A DNA stretch of 64,000 nucleotides, taken from contig CAVUDP010000002.1 of NCBI GenBank assembly GCA_963740315.1, forward strand, positions 2,560,001-2,624,000. Reading direction: 5' to 3'. Below, piece by piece: positions 52,501-61,271 of the stretch. The notes beneath the pieces are model-generated. The model was not told the origin of the DNA. It made no database searches and saw only the letters and a list, made by a program, of their open reading frames with translations. The stretch's first letter is position 1, and every line of letters starts with the position of its first letter. Made by a program: the position numbers and the translations under genes. The stretch comes from an uncultured cyanobacterium. GTDB lineage: Bacteria > Cyanobacteriota > Cyanobacteriia > Cyanobacteriales > Nostocaceae.

Positions 52501-52866
52501 CCCGCAGTTGCATTAACAAGTACCCCCAGTCGTAGCAACAGCGAAATTTTATCATTATTAGGTAATCGTACCTTCGCATCATTGCAAAAACTCGAACAAC
52601 AACTTACCAGCGGAAACGAAACCGAATTGCTCGAATCTTTAGTGCTAGATTATTTAGTTGCACCTTTAGAAACCGAAATTACTCAAGAATTCTTATATCA
52701 AGCTCAAAAACCCGTAAACTCTTTGGGTAAATCAATTGGGTTAACAAGACTGCAAGTATTTCCTTCCTTAAATGGTTTGAAAGACATTAACGAAAATTCT
52801 TCAGCCAGATTTGTTTACGATTACGAAGCAGGTGAATTTCGAGTACAGTATGAAGCGAGGTTTTAG
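46576..52866 (+). CDS. TamB/DUF490-like translocation and assembly module protein
   Basis: 2096 aa; N-terminal TM anchor, long beta-rich repeats, C-terminal LxSxPxRSxxEI.. and YEARF end. Confidence 0.85.
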   Translation: MTPPTNTPSDSHNSQKQPRKRVWLRNAAKIFGVSLLGLGVVGYLGLDYWIRRKLPGLLDEQLTEFINRPVKVGSVKYWNLTGIRLEDSSIPATQNDPNYVKAKAVDIGINPIPLLFTQTLPLRITLIEPDLYIEQDKQGEWLRLNLDTSDEELPFDINAKIQLQKAKVAVLPQALNEPFAVEPINGFLNYNPDRAWQLEYGVNAPVVKGKVDIDGITQLNTYKSKINARIDRLSLPDLTNYVRDNIPVTIPSGELNADLKIDLPSLSELPFVKGTANLQRLQVKSPQLKVPVNATANLRFDGQKVSFEETAASYGSLIAAVSGVADLDKGFDLKVNTNSFGIANLLKTTSLKSPVNIDGNLQAQLLLKGDAENPILLGNVFSQRGIVVDKTAFSKVNTVFGGNYQQLILKEFRATPATGGDIIAKGEVSFPKSLPEVKDFSKSKIALNFEAIVANPEAIVANYGVTNDMVRFGRLLASGEVGGTIANPNGVLDWELPKADADIVGRVSGGGKVRLVGDRVTANNIIRTVEGSLDVDAIANLATNNWNAAVNANSLALNPFLAKVENVGERIKQTRIFLQRGNVRLAGSLNDFDFAKIRGDVDLNLNVNQGNVAVNGNLNRGILTANADARGIGLNKIVPELPIAVTVANSKVNVSGRVKELINYQSIDSLDSFRASVNGNLILPEVKGRGRVNFNGNGNFATKNWNLVANANSFPVTSLLSAEQKKQFRLNQLKQPVTLRRGNVRLAGNLDIINDFDLSKVNGNADLNLAVNNGTVRVDGNLNSGILQANVNANSVPANPFLPELPIPVTVANTRVNLSGRVNQLLEFESIEKLEKLNSFRATANGRLIVPGSRGDINFNANGNLATNNLQAVVNANRISLNQVLPDTPLPVTVNNSQVNVTGKINQLLANNFNNLNADVKANLGVAKGTVNAIANLNNGKIASNINANNVNTPLLCRSFNISCPDLSQLSAKLNLTGEVKPLLAGNPILIQANQAYVTTLQQELNAKGQIVIVPGNDGISSWNVATDLNVDVNSNLAKLPLQSIARELDEEGIPKVKGRADFSGRLIGRNLISAPFAPGNVRLAGNLNLRNLALDKIAFQPLLQGPIDVNLGNSIEIDLQGKSDRIAANLQPCTREDCLSPYLPSFFDLKQGVNTQNPILLSGVRKGDVLDINLKNASLSLLNLVPVVEETIGTTVDGKATGNLDVNLFNLATAGNINVENPAIGAVKAKEFAADFSYDGDVARIDAATLQIGKTEYALQGNYNLKSQDINGRLVANAGRVQDIFAAVNVFNLEDLQGGVNSILNPEYGDAANVPTQPVGKPEAPILAQLRLFAEVVKRIQQQAVLAQEDNTIQFDIQGKYDAEVAVAGKLTNPQVNFLVQGNNWEWRPQSEYVTYNPREGVVVKQNQAIDINQVVARGSYENGIIQLQPTQVNVEGGLIALNGKLELARLQSSGVVQIQNLPVELAKRFVDLPVDVGGKFNLQANLGGNAFKPDIPQGAFSLVNGTINQQPLGELAGNFNYIDSIGRLITTPNSIVKVDATVAYPLQPNRTNTVAVQAKIDNQALQLLGAFTQNQVEWVNGNGEIAIAINGELDPNADTIRGALNELVAQTAINIQNATIKTKQLESDIKLTAVGNANLQREIIQVEGISGSLAESPFNITGNLPIFQPQSNQPLTVILGSRNVDSEDIIFEDIEPEKIKLKGLYNGQIASYIQVSRTALNPVISGDILLKQGKVDIPKREEEAENAEELQAKLKNAANEEVAQSKQLNQPQQPNNLPINPTFNNFKVTLGRGFRFTRNVPRVNFRMAGDFTINGGLNNLRGDGEIELRRGSVALLENSFFITRDRKQVVTFLPSRSLLNPQLDVELQTTVVDAPNFDRLQAVNSEIRDDVVAAANPEQIDVRILVEGEAQELLASLGNNTSNGDACITYQRNIRSTQLGNPTTDSANKLRAVVNCINANSKVAIQTRDILDNPAVALTSTPSRSNSEILSLLGNRTFASLQKLEQQLTSGNETELLESLVLDYLVAPLETEITQEFLYQAQKPVNSLGKSIGLTRLQVFPSLNGLKDINENSSARFVYDYEAGEFRVQYEARF

Positions 52867-52889
52867 AAAGTTACGCGGAGTTAGGAGTT

Positions 52890-53000
52890 AATCTCGTTCC
52901 TTGACTCTGGCAAGGAATGCAGTTCAAGAGGCTCTGCCTCGTTTGCTCGGTATAGAGATTTCCTTTATCAGATTACCACAGGGAGCATGGTAATACGAGT
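52890..53000. repeat. Degenerate REP-like element (CTCGTTCC..CTCTG..GGAATGC..GAGGCTCTGCCTC)
   Basis: Hairpin-rich segment between tamB and the truncated toxin. Confidence 0.55.
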
Positions 53001-53107
53001 AGAATTGCTTTTTTGGCGAAGAATTTGTTTAACTGTAATAGGGGATTTTTCTTTATTAGACGTTTGAACTTACGAACAAATCCAGAACTCCAAACTAAAT
53101 TTTTCAC
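52973..53107 (-). pseudogene. Truncated RelE/YafQ-type toxin
   Basis: GTG overlaps antitoxin TGA; MKNLVWSSGFVRKFKRLIKKNPLLQ then unrelated tail and stop at 44 aa (translated by hand). Confidence 0.7.
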
Positions 53108-53322
53108 CCATCCAACTCCGACATCAAATCGGCTACAGAACCGCGTTTTACCTTACCTTGTTCATAATCCGATTTAGCTTGTGCAACTTCCTTTATTATT
53201 TCATTGCGTCGCTGTTGGCTCAAGCGTTTGCTTACGATATCAACGAGTATTTCTTGTTCTTCTGGTTGAAGCGCTTCAACAACTTCTAATGCTTGCTGGA
53301 ATGTTGAAATTTTCTCTGTCAT
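53104..53322 (-). CDS. Putative antitoxin
   Basis: FQQALEVVEAL..EEQEILV, YEQGKVKRGSVADLMSEL; coupled to the toxin remnant. Confidence 0.75.
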   Translation of the reverse strand: MTEKISTFQQALEVVEALQPEEQEILVDIVSKRLSQQRRNEIIKEVAQAKSDYEQGKVKRGSVADLMSELDG

Positions 53323-53411
53323 GACTTTAATGTAATTGCGATAACCTTCATTATAGTTACTAGTAAAAGTACTTTGCTGATAAAATCAAAGTAGCTTATC
53401 TGTAGAAAGCC

Positions 53412-54302
53412 GTGACTAAAAAGAAGCCTTTAATTGTTGACGCTGCTAGCGACGAATCAATTGCAAAAATTAGTCCGAGCGTGCCAATTTCTCATCGAAA
53501 ATCATCTTGGCATGGAATCAAAGTTAATTATTACCAACATCTTACTGCTTTTGAAACCCCGGAGCATTGTTTTTCACAGCACTTCATTACAATTCACCTG
53601 AATCGCTCTCCAGTTGTCAAAGAGCAAGTGCTTAATAGTCGTCTGCGATGCGATCGCTTTCAAGATGGCGATATTTGCTTAACACCTGCGAATGTGCCGG
53701 TATCAGTCAGTTTACAGGATTCAAGCGAGTTGATATGCCTGTATCTCGATCCTAAAATCATAAGTAAAATTACAGATAATAGTTGCGATTTAAATAACTT
53801 TGAACTTATACCGCAATTCAAATTAAACGATCCGTTAATTTATCAAATTGGCATGGCTTTAAAAGTAAATCTTGAGTCTAAAGGAATCTGCGATCGCCTT
53901 TATACAGAGTCAATGGCAATGGCAATTTCTGCTCATTTGTTACAGTTTTACTCGACGCAGAAGCCGAAAGTTAAAAATTATTCTGAGGGATTACCGCAAG
54001 CTCGATTGAAACAGGTGACTGAATATATTAACGAGCATTCAGCAGAGAATCCGAGTTTAATGGCAATGGCTCAAATAGTGCAAATAAGTCCCTATTATTT
54101 TAGCCGTTTGTTCAAAAAATCTACAGGATTAACTCCCCACCAATATTTGCTCAAATGCCGCACCGATAGTGCAAAACGGTTGCTCAAGACTTCAGATTTA
54201 TCCATAGCAGCCATTGCCGCTCAAGTCGGTTTTGCAGATCAAAGTCATCTTGCTCGCCATTTCAAACGGCTTGTTGGGGTTTCGCCCAGTCAGTTTCGTT
54301 AA
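53412..54302 (+). CDS. AraC family transcriptional regulator
   Basis: SPYYFSRLFKKSTGLTPHQY, IAAQVGFADQSHLARHFKR. Confidence 0.95.
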   Translation: MTKKKPLIVDAASDESIAKISPSVPISHRKSSWHGIKVNYYQHLTAFETPEHCFSQHFITIHLNRSPVVKEQVLNSRLRCDRFQDGDICLTPANVPVSVSLQDSSELICLYLDPKIISKITDNSCDLNNFELIPQFKLNDPLIYQIGMALKVNLESKGICDRLYTESMAMAISAHLLQFYSTQKPKVKNYSEGLPQARLKQVTEYINEHSAENPSLMAMAQIVQISPYYFSRLFKKSTGLTPHQYLLKCRTDSAKRLLKTSDLSIAAIAAQVGFADQSHLARHFKRLVGVSPSQFR

Positions 54303-54312
54303 TTCCCTAAAT

Positions 54313-54371
54313 AGCAAGAACGTACCGATAAAAAGCAAGATCGTACAATTCAATAAGGCTTTATTTATAAT
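54313..54371 (+). promoter_or_regulatory. Putative AraC-type tandem operator and -10 box
   Basis: AGCAAGAACGTAC (54313) / AGCAAGATCGTAC (54334), 21-bp period; TATAAT at 54366. Confidence 0.65.
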
Positions 54372-54413
54372 ACTATGCCTATGGGTTTAAAAATCCGGAC
54401 TTAATATCAAAAT

Positions 54414-55502
54414 ATGAACATCAATCTTTTCTCACCAGTTGAAATGGGTTCCAACAACCTCTCCAATCGCATCGTGATGGCACCCATGACTCGATTACGA
54501 GCGATCGACAGCATTCCTCAACCCTTGATGGCAACTTATTACGCTCAACGAGCATCCTCCGGTTTAATCGTCACTGAATGTACGATGGTTTCGCCAATGA
54601 GTAATGGATACATGAACTGTCCGGGTATTTACTCATCAGAACAAATCGAAGGTTGGCAGAAAATAACAGATGCGGTACATCATGCAGGGGGAAAGATTTT
54701 TCTTCAGTTGTGGCACTGTGGAAGAGTTTCACATTCATCTTTGTTAAACGGAAAGCAGCCTGTTGCGCCGAGTGCGATCGCGCCTGTAGGTGAATTGCAT
54801 ACGCCATCAGGAAAAGTAGCAATAGAAACACCTCGCGCTTTAGAAAAAGATGAAATTACTGAAATCGTCGAGCAATTTCGCTCTGGTGCTGAAAATGCTA
54901 AAACTGCTAGATTTGATGGTGTGGAACTGCATGGTGCGTTTGGTTATTTGATCGATCAATTTTTGCAAGATGGTTCCAATCAAAGAACTGACGAGTATGG
55001 TGGTTCAGTTGAAAATCGGGCGCGATTTCTGCTGGAGGTTGTAGAAGCTGTTTCTGGGGTTTGGGGAGCAGAGCGAGTAGGCATCAAACTCTCACCGAGT
55101 AATACTTTCTATGGTATGGTTGACTCGAATCCTCAAGCGACTTTTGGTTACATCCTTGAAGCACTCAATCCAAAGGGTTTAGCTTACGTGCATTTAATGG
55201 AACCGAATCAAATCGATTTGCAGAATCGAGATGTACTTAATCCAGTTACCCCTTTGTTTCGCCCTATCTACCAAGGAACGCTGATTACCAATGGAAATTA
55301 TACCCAGGAAACAGCAAATACTGCTCTAAATAATAGTAATGCAGACCTCGTTTCTTTCGGAAAGTTGTTTATTGCAAATCCAGATTTACCAAAACGCTTC
55401 AAGCTAAAAGCATCATTGAATGAACCCGATCCGAGAACGTTTTACGGCAGCACTGAAGAGGGATATACGGATTATCCTTTCCTGGAACAAGTTGCAAGTT
55501 AA
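54414..55502 (+). CDS. Alkene reductase (Old Yellow Enzyme/NemA family)
   Basis: MAPMTRLRA, QLWHCGR, HGAFGYLIDQF, RTDEYGGSVENRARF, GYTDYP. Confidence 0.95.
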   Translation: MNINLFSPVEMGSNNLSNRIVMAPMTRLRAIDSIPQPLMATYYAQRASSGLIVTECTMVSPMSNGYMNCPGIYSSEQIEGWQKITDAVHHAGGKIFLQLWHCGRVSHSSLLNGKQPVAPSAIAPVGELHTPSGKVAIETPRALEKDEITEIVEQFRSGAENAKTARFDGVELHGAFGYLIDQFLQDGSNQRTDEYGGSVENRARFLLEVVEAVSGVWGAERVGIKLSPSNTFYGMVDSNPQATFGYILEALNPKGLAYVHLMEPNQIDLQNRDVLNPVTPLFRPIYQGTLITNGNYTQETANTALNNSNADLVSFGKLFIANPDLPKRFKLKASLNEPDPRTFYGSTEEGYTDYPFLEQVAS

Positions 55503-55551
55503 ACCTGCTAGAAATTGGCAAGAGTTTTATTAGAAGCCTTTAACAAATTTT

Positions 55552-56775
55552 ATGAGTTCTCAAAATTCAAATTCACTGCCGATCAAAATTACTCTCTTGC
55601 TAGCCAGCACGCTGACGGTGATGTCAGGAGCTACCATCGCACCTTCTCTACCCGCGATGCAAACGCACTTTGCAGAGGTTGCAAATGCCGAATTTTGGGT
55701 AAGGCTGATACTAACAGTACCTGCTTTATTTATTGTTATAGGTTCGCCGATCGCTGGGCAATTAGTCGATAAAATTGGACGCAAGCCCCTGTTGTTGGGT
55801 TCGGCAATTCTATATGGCTTCGCTGGTGGTTCGGGTTTTGTGCTGAATTCGGTTTTTACTATTCTTATCGGCAGGGCGTTTCTAGGATTAGCAGTAGCGG
55901 GGGTGATGGTAAGCGCTACGACGCTGATTGCAGATTATTACCAAGGAGACGCACGAGCAAATTTTATGGGTTTGCAAGCTGCATTTATGGGCTTTGGCGG
56001 CGTTGTGTTTTTATCAGTAGGTGGATTTATTGCCGATCTTAACTGGCGATTCCCCTTTTTAATTTACCTCGGATCGTGGCTATTGATACCTGGAATTTTG
56101 TTTACTTTGTACGAGCCATTGCGCCCTAAAGCTGACATTGCAGACGTAAATACAACCGTACCTACAGCAAAACTTCCCGTAAAACTGCTGGTGCTAATAT
56201 ACACTTCAGTAATGCTACAGCAAATTGTCTTTTACCTAATTCCGGTACATTTGCCCTTTTATCTAAAGCAGCTTTCAAACGCAGGGGCTTCTCAGGCTGG
56301 GTTAGCAATCGCCTTCTCTACCCTTTTCAGTGCCTTTGCTTCGATGAACTATGGTAGGTTTAAAAAGCGCTTTAGTTTTATTAAAATTCTTTCCATAGCT
56401 TTTGGTTTAATCGGACTTGGCTACGTCGGTATTGGATTAGTTAGCAGCTACTGGCTGATACTATTGGTGCTAATTCCGACTGGAATCGGATTGGGTTTAA
56501 TGATGCCCAACCTAAATGTCTGGACGGCAAATGAAGTACCAGACGCTTTACGTGGAAGGGCTTTAGGAGGTTTAACCACGTTTATGTTTTTAGGACAGTT
56601 TCTTTCTCCCATCCTTTCTCAACCAGTTAAACAAAACTTCGGTATGACAGCAACTTACGGATTAGTAGGAGTTTCTTTAGTAGTACTTGCTGCACTCGTA
56701 TGGATATATAAAAAGCAAATTTGTCATGCAGTGGAAAGTAATGTTGGAAGTGCGATCGCGCCAAAGAATTTATAG
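55552..56775 (+). CDS. MFS transporter
   Basis: About 12 TM; DKIGRK motif A. Confidence 0.92.
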   Translation: MSSQNSNSLPIKITLLLASTLTVMSGATIAPSLPAMQTHFAEVANAEFWVRLILTVPALFIVIGSPIAGQLVDKIGRKPLLLGSAILYGFAGGSGFVLNSVFTILIGRAFLGLAVAGVMVSATTLIADYYQGDARANFMGLQAAFMGFGGVVFLSVGGFIADLNWRFPFLIYLGSWLLIPGILFTLYEPLRPKADIADVNTTVPTAKLPVKLLVLIYTSVMLQQIVFYLIPVHLPFYLKQLSNAGASQAGLAIAFSTLFSAFASMNYGRFKKRFSFIKILSIAFGLIGLGYVGIGLVSSYWLILLVLIPTGIGLGLMMPNLNVWTANEVPDALRGRALGGLTTFMFLGQFLSPILSQPVKQNFGMTATYGLVGVSLVVLAALVWIYKKQICHAVESNVGSAIAPKNL

Positions 56776-56906
56776 GAGTTAGGAATTAGGAGTGAGGAGT
56801 GAGGAGTGAGGAGTTGAAATTTCTACCCCCTCTCCCCCCTCTACCCCCTCTACCCCCTCTCCCCATCACCCCATCCCCTCTCTCTATCCTCCTATCTTAA
56901 AGACAA

Positions 56907-57488
56907 TCAGACTGCTTGCTTCTTACGCTTGAGGGTAGATACACCAATAGTACCTACAGCTAATAAACCTAACATAGAAGCGGGTTCGGGAACCGATTGC
57001 GCGATGGATGTCGAGGATATTTTCAGAGATACACCCTCGATATTATCGTCGTAAAACTTGTCATTGATAAAGAAGTTCACCGTGGTGTCGGATGCGAGAG
57101 TAAAAGAAGTATCTACAGCGTTTTGCAGTGCTTGTGATACAGTCGCATAATTCTTACCGCTAGTAAATAGATTGCTAACACCGTCGAAAGATATACCGTA
57201 ACGATTCCTCCAGCCTCTGCGACAGTTTTCTCCGTTACTATTACATCTCTCAACTTTTCCTTCCCAAGCATTCCAACCACTATAAGCACCACCCTCATCC
57301 ATTCCGATGTAATCAACCGAATAAGTTCCTGCTGATAACATCAACGAAATTGGATTGCTAGTAGTATTCTGTTTTGAATCGATATCGATTATCTGACTGA
57401 AAATAGCCGCTTGTGCAACGGGTTGCATTGCACCAAAACCTACAGCAATACCAGTAGCAAGTATCGCTAACTTGTTAAATACTTTCAT
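56907..57488 (-). CDS. PEP-CTERM sorting domain protein
   Basis: Signal peptide; VPEPASMLGLLAVG..LKRKKQ. Confidence 0.92.
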   Translation of the reverse strand: MKVFNKLAILATGIAVGFGAMQPVAQAAIFSQIIDIDSKQNTTSNPISLMLSAGTYSVDYIGMDEGGAYSGWNAWEGKVERCNSNGENCRRGWRNRYGISFDGVSNLFTSGKNYATVSQALQNAVDTSFTLASDTTVNFFINDKFYDDNIEGVSLKISSTSIAQSVPEPASMLGLLAVGTIGVSTLKRKKQAV

Positions 57489-57986
57489 CGATTTATTCCT
57501 TGCAGAAAATGTATAAAAAATGTCCTTATTTTTCAGTGATAATTGAGATTTATCAGATACGCAAGGAATAATTTGATACTTCGTTAAAGCTTTAACTCAA
57601 GGTTTTTTCTGTACTGAGAGAAATTATTAAAGCTGTTGAAAATCAATATTATGTATTGTAAAAAGATAATTTGAAGATTTAAAACTGTAATTATACGTAT
57701 ATTATCAAATAATTTCATTAAAATTTCTTAAACAATAGCTATATATTCGTAGGAATACTGAATCAATATACTGGTATCTCGTGCGTACAAAAAGGATCGT
57801 GACTTTTATTAAGTAAAAACACGGCTAAAAAAGTAAAAAGCCTTGGACAAACACATTATCCAAAGCTCACAAACAGCATTAAGTGGTAATTAATTTTTTT
57901 GATTTAAGTAACCATCTAACGTTCACTATTTAATTAATAGCGATCGCGCAGTTACTTCGATGTATAATTGCATTTGGAAATAGTAT

Positions 57987-58201
57987 GAGCAACCATTATC
58001 GGACGTTCGCCATCTAAGACCGCTCTGATGGAGGGTTGCGCCTCCCCTCGATGGCGACGAAGCAGAGGAAACGATAAAAACTCCACAACGTCCAAGGTTA
58101 TTAAATATTTAACACTGTCCGAATACCTGCCGATCGTTCTTCTTCGGTATTCGATAACGGGTCACTGCGGCATAACCCCCGTCCAGCGCTGTTGCTCTTT
58201 T
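57987..58201 (+). ncRNA. Putative structured ncRNA, family unknown
   Basis: Terminal stem GAGCAAC/GTTGCTC, several nested helices, TATAAT upstream and T run downstream; GC-rich in an AT-rich spacer. Confidence 0.45.
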
Positions 58202-58381
58202 CCTTACATTTATAGAATATCAATAATTAATTTAGAATTTGTCGCTCTAAGGTTCAGTTGTCAGTAATACTTTTGGTAGAATCACCTAAGTAGTACAATT
58301 ATTCCCAATAGCGGTTATGGGATTTTGAGAAAATAGCGATCGCAATTCCCCAAAAAGCTTGAATCAAAAGCCTACTCTACA

Positions 58382-58588
58382 ATGCAGACAATTCGACCTT
58401 ATAATACTTCGGATATAGAGCAAGTTGTGAAGCTGTGGTGGAACACTTGGATAATAACGTTTCCTGAAATTAAACATCCGCAGTCATATTCATCATGGAA
58501 AGCACGTTTTCAAAATGATTTAACGCTAAACGGGAATATTTGGGTTGCTGTTGAAAGCTCTATTGCAGGATTAATCAGTGAGCAGTGA
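58382..58588 (+). pseudogene. Truncated GNAT acetyltransferase
   Basis: MQTIRPY...IWVAVE..IAG then a (CAGTGAG)n array and stop; acetyl-CoA-binding half missing. Confidence 0.6.
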
Positions 58589-58898
58589 GCAGTGAGCAGT
58601 TATCAACTAATAGTCTGCTCTCCTCAGATATCGTCCGAAATATCAGATGAATCTTTAAGTTGTATTTACGGATGCTTCATCTTAGTAAAATAAATTATAT
58701 TGCATTCTAAGTGTTGTCACGCAATAATCTAATTATAATCTTTAGTTAATTCGATTAAAAAAATCGGTTACTGCTTAAATTTGTGCAAATATCGCAAGCT
58801 TACGTAAGTAACATAGCTTTTTCTAACTTGAATCAATAGCGTAAGATTCTTTTCGCGTGCAAATCATTCCAATTAATGGCAAATCATAATCAGGTAGC

Positions 58899-59696
58899 AT
58901 GAATAAATACTCACGATTACTCAAGAAATTTTTAGTAGTTGCAACACCAATCTTAGCTAGTTTCGTGTCTATTTCACCTAGTAGAGCTGCTACCTTTGCT
59001 TATTCTCAGGGAAAAGTATTATTTTCAGAATTCAGTCAAAGCGCATCAAACGTTGTAACTGATTTAGATACTTTAACCATCACAGAAGGGAGCATGGTAC
59101 AGGCAATGGCTGAAGCAGAAGCTATGTTTTTAATTGAGCCAGCAGTAGCATCCAATCCATCTTTAAGTGCAGCTTTAGCTGAAAGTCAAGATTATTTAGG
59201 AATTGCAGAAAGTGAAACTTCAGTTATCGGTAATTTCGATATAGAGGCAAATACAAAATTTTCTTTGGACTTTATCAGCAATTTAGAGCTTGCTACATCA
59301 ATAGACAATCCTCCAAAAGAGAGTGCAAGAGCTAGTGGTGACATATCTTATGCACTTGTCGATACGCAAAATAATGATGTTTTAGATTTCTTCAATCTTG
59401 TAGGAAATATCGTTACAGAAGGAGATGACGATTTTGTTGCTTTACAAAAAAGCGATAATGTGATTTTAAGTGAAGCATTTGGCGCACCTGGTTTTGGCGG
59501 CTTACAAGAATTTCTGGCGGTATCTATTCAAGGCTCTTTGGAAAGATATTTTGCTGATGAAACAACTGTAGCCTTGGTAGAAGTAAAGCGAAATCGAGCA
59601 GAAGTGAAAGCAGTACCAGAAGCATCAAGTACTTTAGCTTTATTGTTAGCTAGTGGAGTTGTTGGTATAATCTCCAGACGACGCGCACAAACGTAA
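58899..59696 (+). CDS. PEP-CTERM-like exported protein
   Basis: Signal peptide SPSRAAT; VPEASSTLALLL..SRRR. Confidence 0.85.
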   Translation: MNKYSRLLKKFLVVATPILASFVSISPSRAATFAYSQGKVLFSEFSQSASNVVTDLDTLTITEGSMVQAMAEAEAMFLIEPAVASNPSLSAALAESQDYLGIAESETSVIGNFDIEANTKFSLDFISNLELATSIDNPPKESARASGDISYALVDTQNNDVLDFFNLVGNIVTEGDDDFVALQKSDNVILSEAFGAPGFGGLQEFLAVSIQGSLERYFADETTVALVEVKRNRAEVKAVPEASSTLALLLASGVVGIISRRRAQT

Positions 59697-59732
59697 AGTA
59701 CAACTACAAATGGGTGTATCTATGTTGCTTCA

Positions 59733-61046
59733 CTAAGCAAGCAAATCGTCATAGCTTAAAGTTAAACTTGCATTCGCAAAATTGAATTGTTCAAAATTCA
59801 TAACGCTCATGCTAATTCCATCGCGCTCAAAATTAACTTCGTTATTATTAGTAGCGCCTAAACTGATGTTAAAGTCGTCTATGGTATAAGAGTCAAAGCT
59901 GAGAATATCAAAATCGCTACCGCCATTGACTATAGCGTCACCGAAGCCTGCAACAAAGTCTCTTCCCTCACCCATGTTTATATTCACGCCACCACCAAAG
60001 CTGGAGGCTTCTACACGATCGCGTCCCCTACCCATGTCAATCGTACCACCGAAAATACCGTAAGAATCGAGTCCGGTAGCATAAGCTTCTATGTTATCGG
60101 CTCCTTTACCTGTCTCAATTATGCCGCTCGTGTTTTCAATAGCGATCGCCTTATCGGTAGCGTAAGCAATTGCTGTAATAGTATCGCGCCCTTTACCTGT
60201 TTGAATACTACCTCTAGTATTATCAATGGCGATCGCTTTGTTTCGAGCTGTAGCAATAGCTTCGGCAACAGCTTCAGCTAAAGCTAGGTTATGGTGAGTG
60301 CCACTACTGTAACTATCGGTGAAAGTTTTTGCATAAGTCGCAGAATCAGAAAAGGCAATAGCATTAATATTATCTGCACCTGATTCAGTATCAATTCTGC
60401 CTCCAACATTCTTAATACCTGTGGCAGTAATAGTTGCATTAGCCAAACTTTGAGCGATTGCTCCCGCGAAAACTGTGATTTCATCAACAGGAGCTTCAGC
60501 TATATATTCGACGATGGCTGTGGCATCTGCTGTAGCAACTGCTGCAACAGAACCAATAACTTCACCATAAATACTGTCATTACCCGTACCAGTAATCAGC
60601 TCGCCAGAATTATTAATGCCATTGGCAATAACATTGATATCAATGTTGGCAAAAGTTTTGGCGATCGCATTAGTATCTAAGTCTTCGGTGTAAGCAATAA
60701 CTTGAGATAATGTTTGGGCAACGACAGCAATTTTTGCTATTGCAGTGCCGTTTACTATATCGTGTCCTCTGTTTGTACTAATACTTTCTTGATTATCAAT
60801 TCCATTGACATTAACATCAGCTTCAACACTAAGATTCTCAGATGCAATATCATTTAAGTTTTCGGCTGCAACATCTATCAAAACTCCGAAAACCAAATCA
60901 CTATTTACATAGTCATTACCGATGATTTCATCGGCATCTTCCAATGTCTTAATATCTGAATCTACAGGATTAAAAATTCCATTATCTGAATTAACTCGAT
61001 CGGGTTTCTCAGTGAATTTGAATTCACTTAAGTTACAAGGCGGCAT
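59733..61046 (-). CDS. Acidic Ala/Thr-rich protein with RTX-like GxGxD repeats (probable T1SS substrate)
   Basis: IxNxGxIxTGxGxDxI repeats; GGSDFDIL and FEQFNF C-terminal pattern; no signal peptide. Confidence 0.75.
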   Translation of the reverse strand: MPPCNLSEFKFTEKPDRVNSDNGIFNPVDSDIKTLEDADEIIGNDYVNSDLVFGVLIDVAAENLNDIASENLSVEADVNVNGIDNQESISTNRGHDIVNGTAIAKIAVVAQTLSQVIAYTEDLDTNAIAKTFANIDINVIANGINNSGELITGTGNDSIYGEVIGSVAAVATADATAIVEYIAEAPVDEITVFAGAIAQSLANATITATGIKNVGGRIDTESGADNINAIAFSDSATYAKTFTDSYSSGTHHNLALAEAVAEAIATARNKAIAIDNTRGSIQTGKGRDTITAIAYATDKAIAIENTSGIIETGKGADNIEAYATGLDSYGIFGGTIDMGRGRDRVEASSFGGGVNINMGEGRDFVAGFGDAIVNGGSDFDILSFDSYTIDDFNISLGATNNNEVNFERDGISMSVMNFEQFNFANASLTLSYDDLLA

Positions 61047-61120
61047 GAAATCTTCCTTTTAATTTTGATTCAGTATTTTTTTACTAAGAATGCACCCACC
61101 ATTTTATTATATCAATCGGA

Positions 61121-61161
61121 AAAAAATCGCTGAAAGTTGCAAACAACTTTCGGCGATTTTT
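61121..61161. terminator. Strong hairpin, possibly bidirectional terminator
   Basis: AAAAATCGCTGAAAGTTG-CAAA-CAACTTTCGGCGATTTTT. Confidence 0.7.
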
Positions 61162-61271
61162 ACAATAACCTTTTAGAAGAAATATTTATTAAGAGATCAA
61201 ATCTTTTTTATCGACATGAATTAACTTGATAAATTTTCTTCTATAAACAGGTTATAGCAATTAGACGAAAA

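Noticed and set aside
58026..58072. Hammerhead ribozyme (CTGATG...GAAA)
   Set aside because: Core reads CTGATGG rather than CTGATGA, and I could not build the three required stems
57987..58197. 6S RNA or retron msr-msd identity for the structured element
   Set aside because: No recognisable 6S features or purK linkage, and no reverse transcriptase in the window; left unassigned
58028..58267. 79-aa ORF
   Set aside because: No recognisable motifs; overlaps the structured RNA candidate
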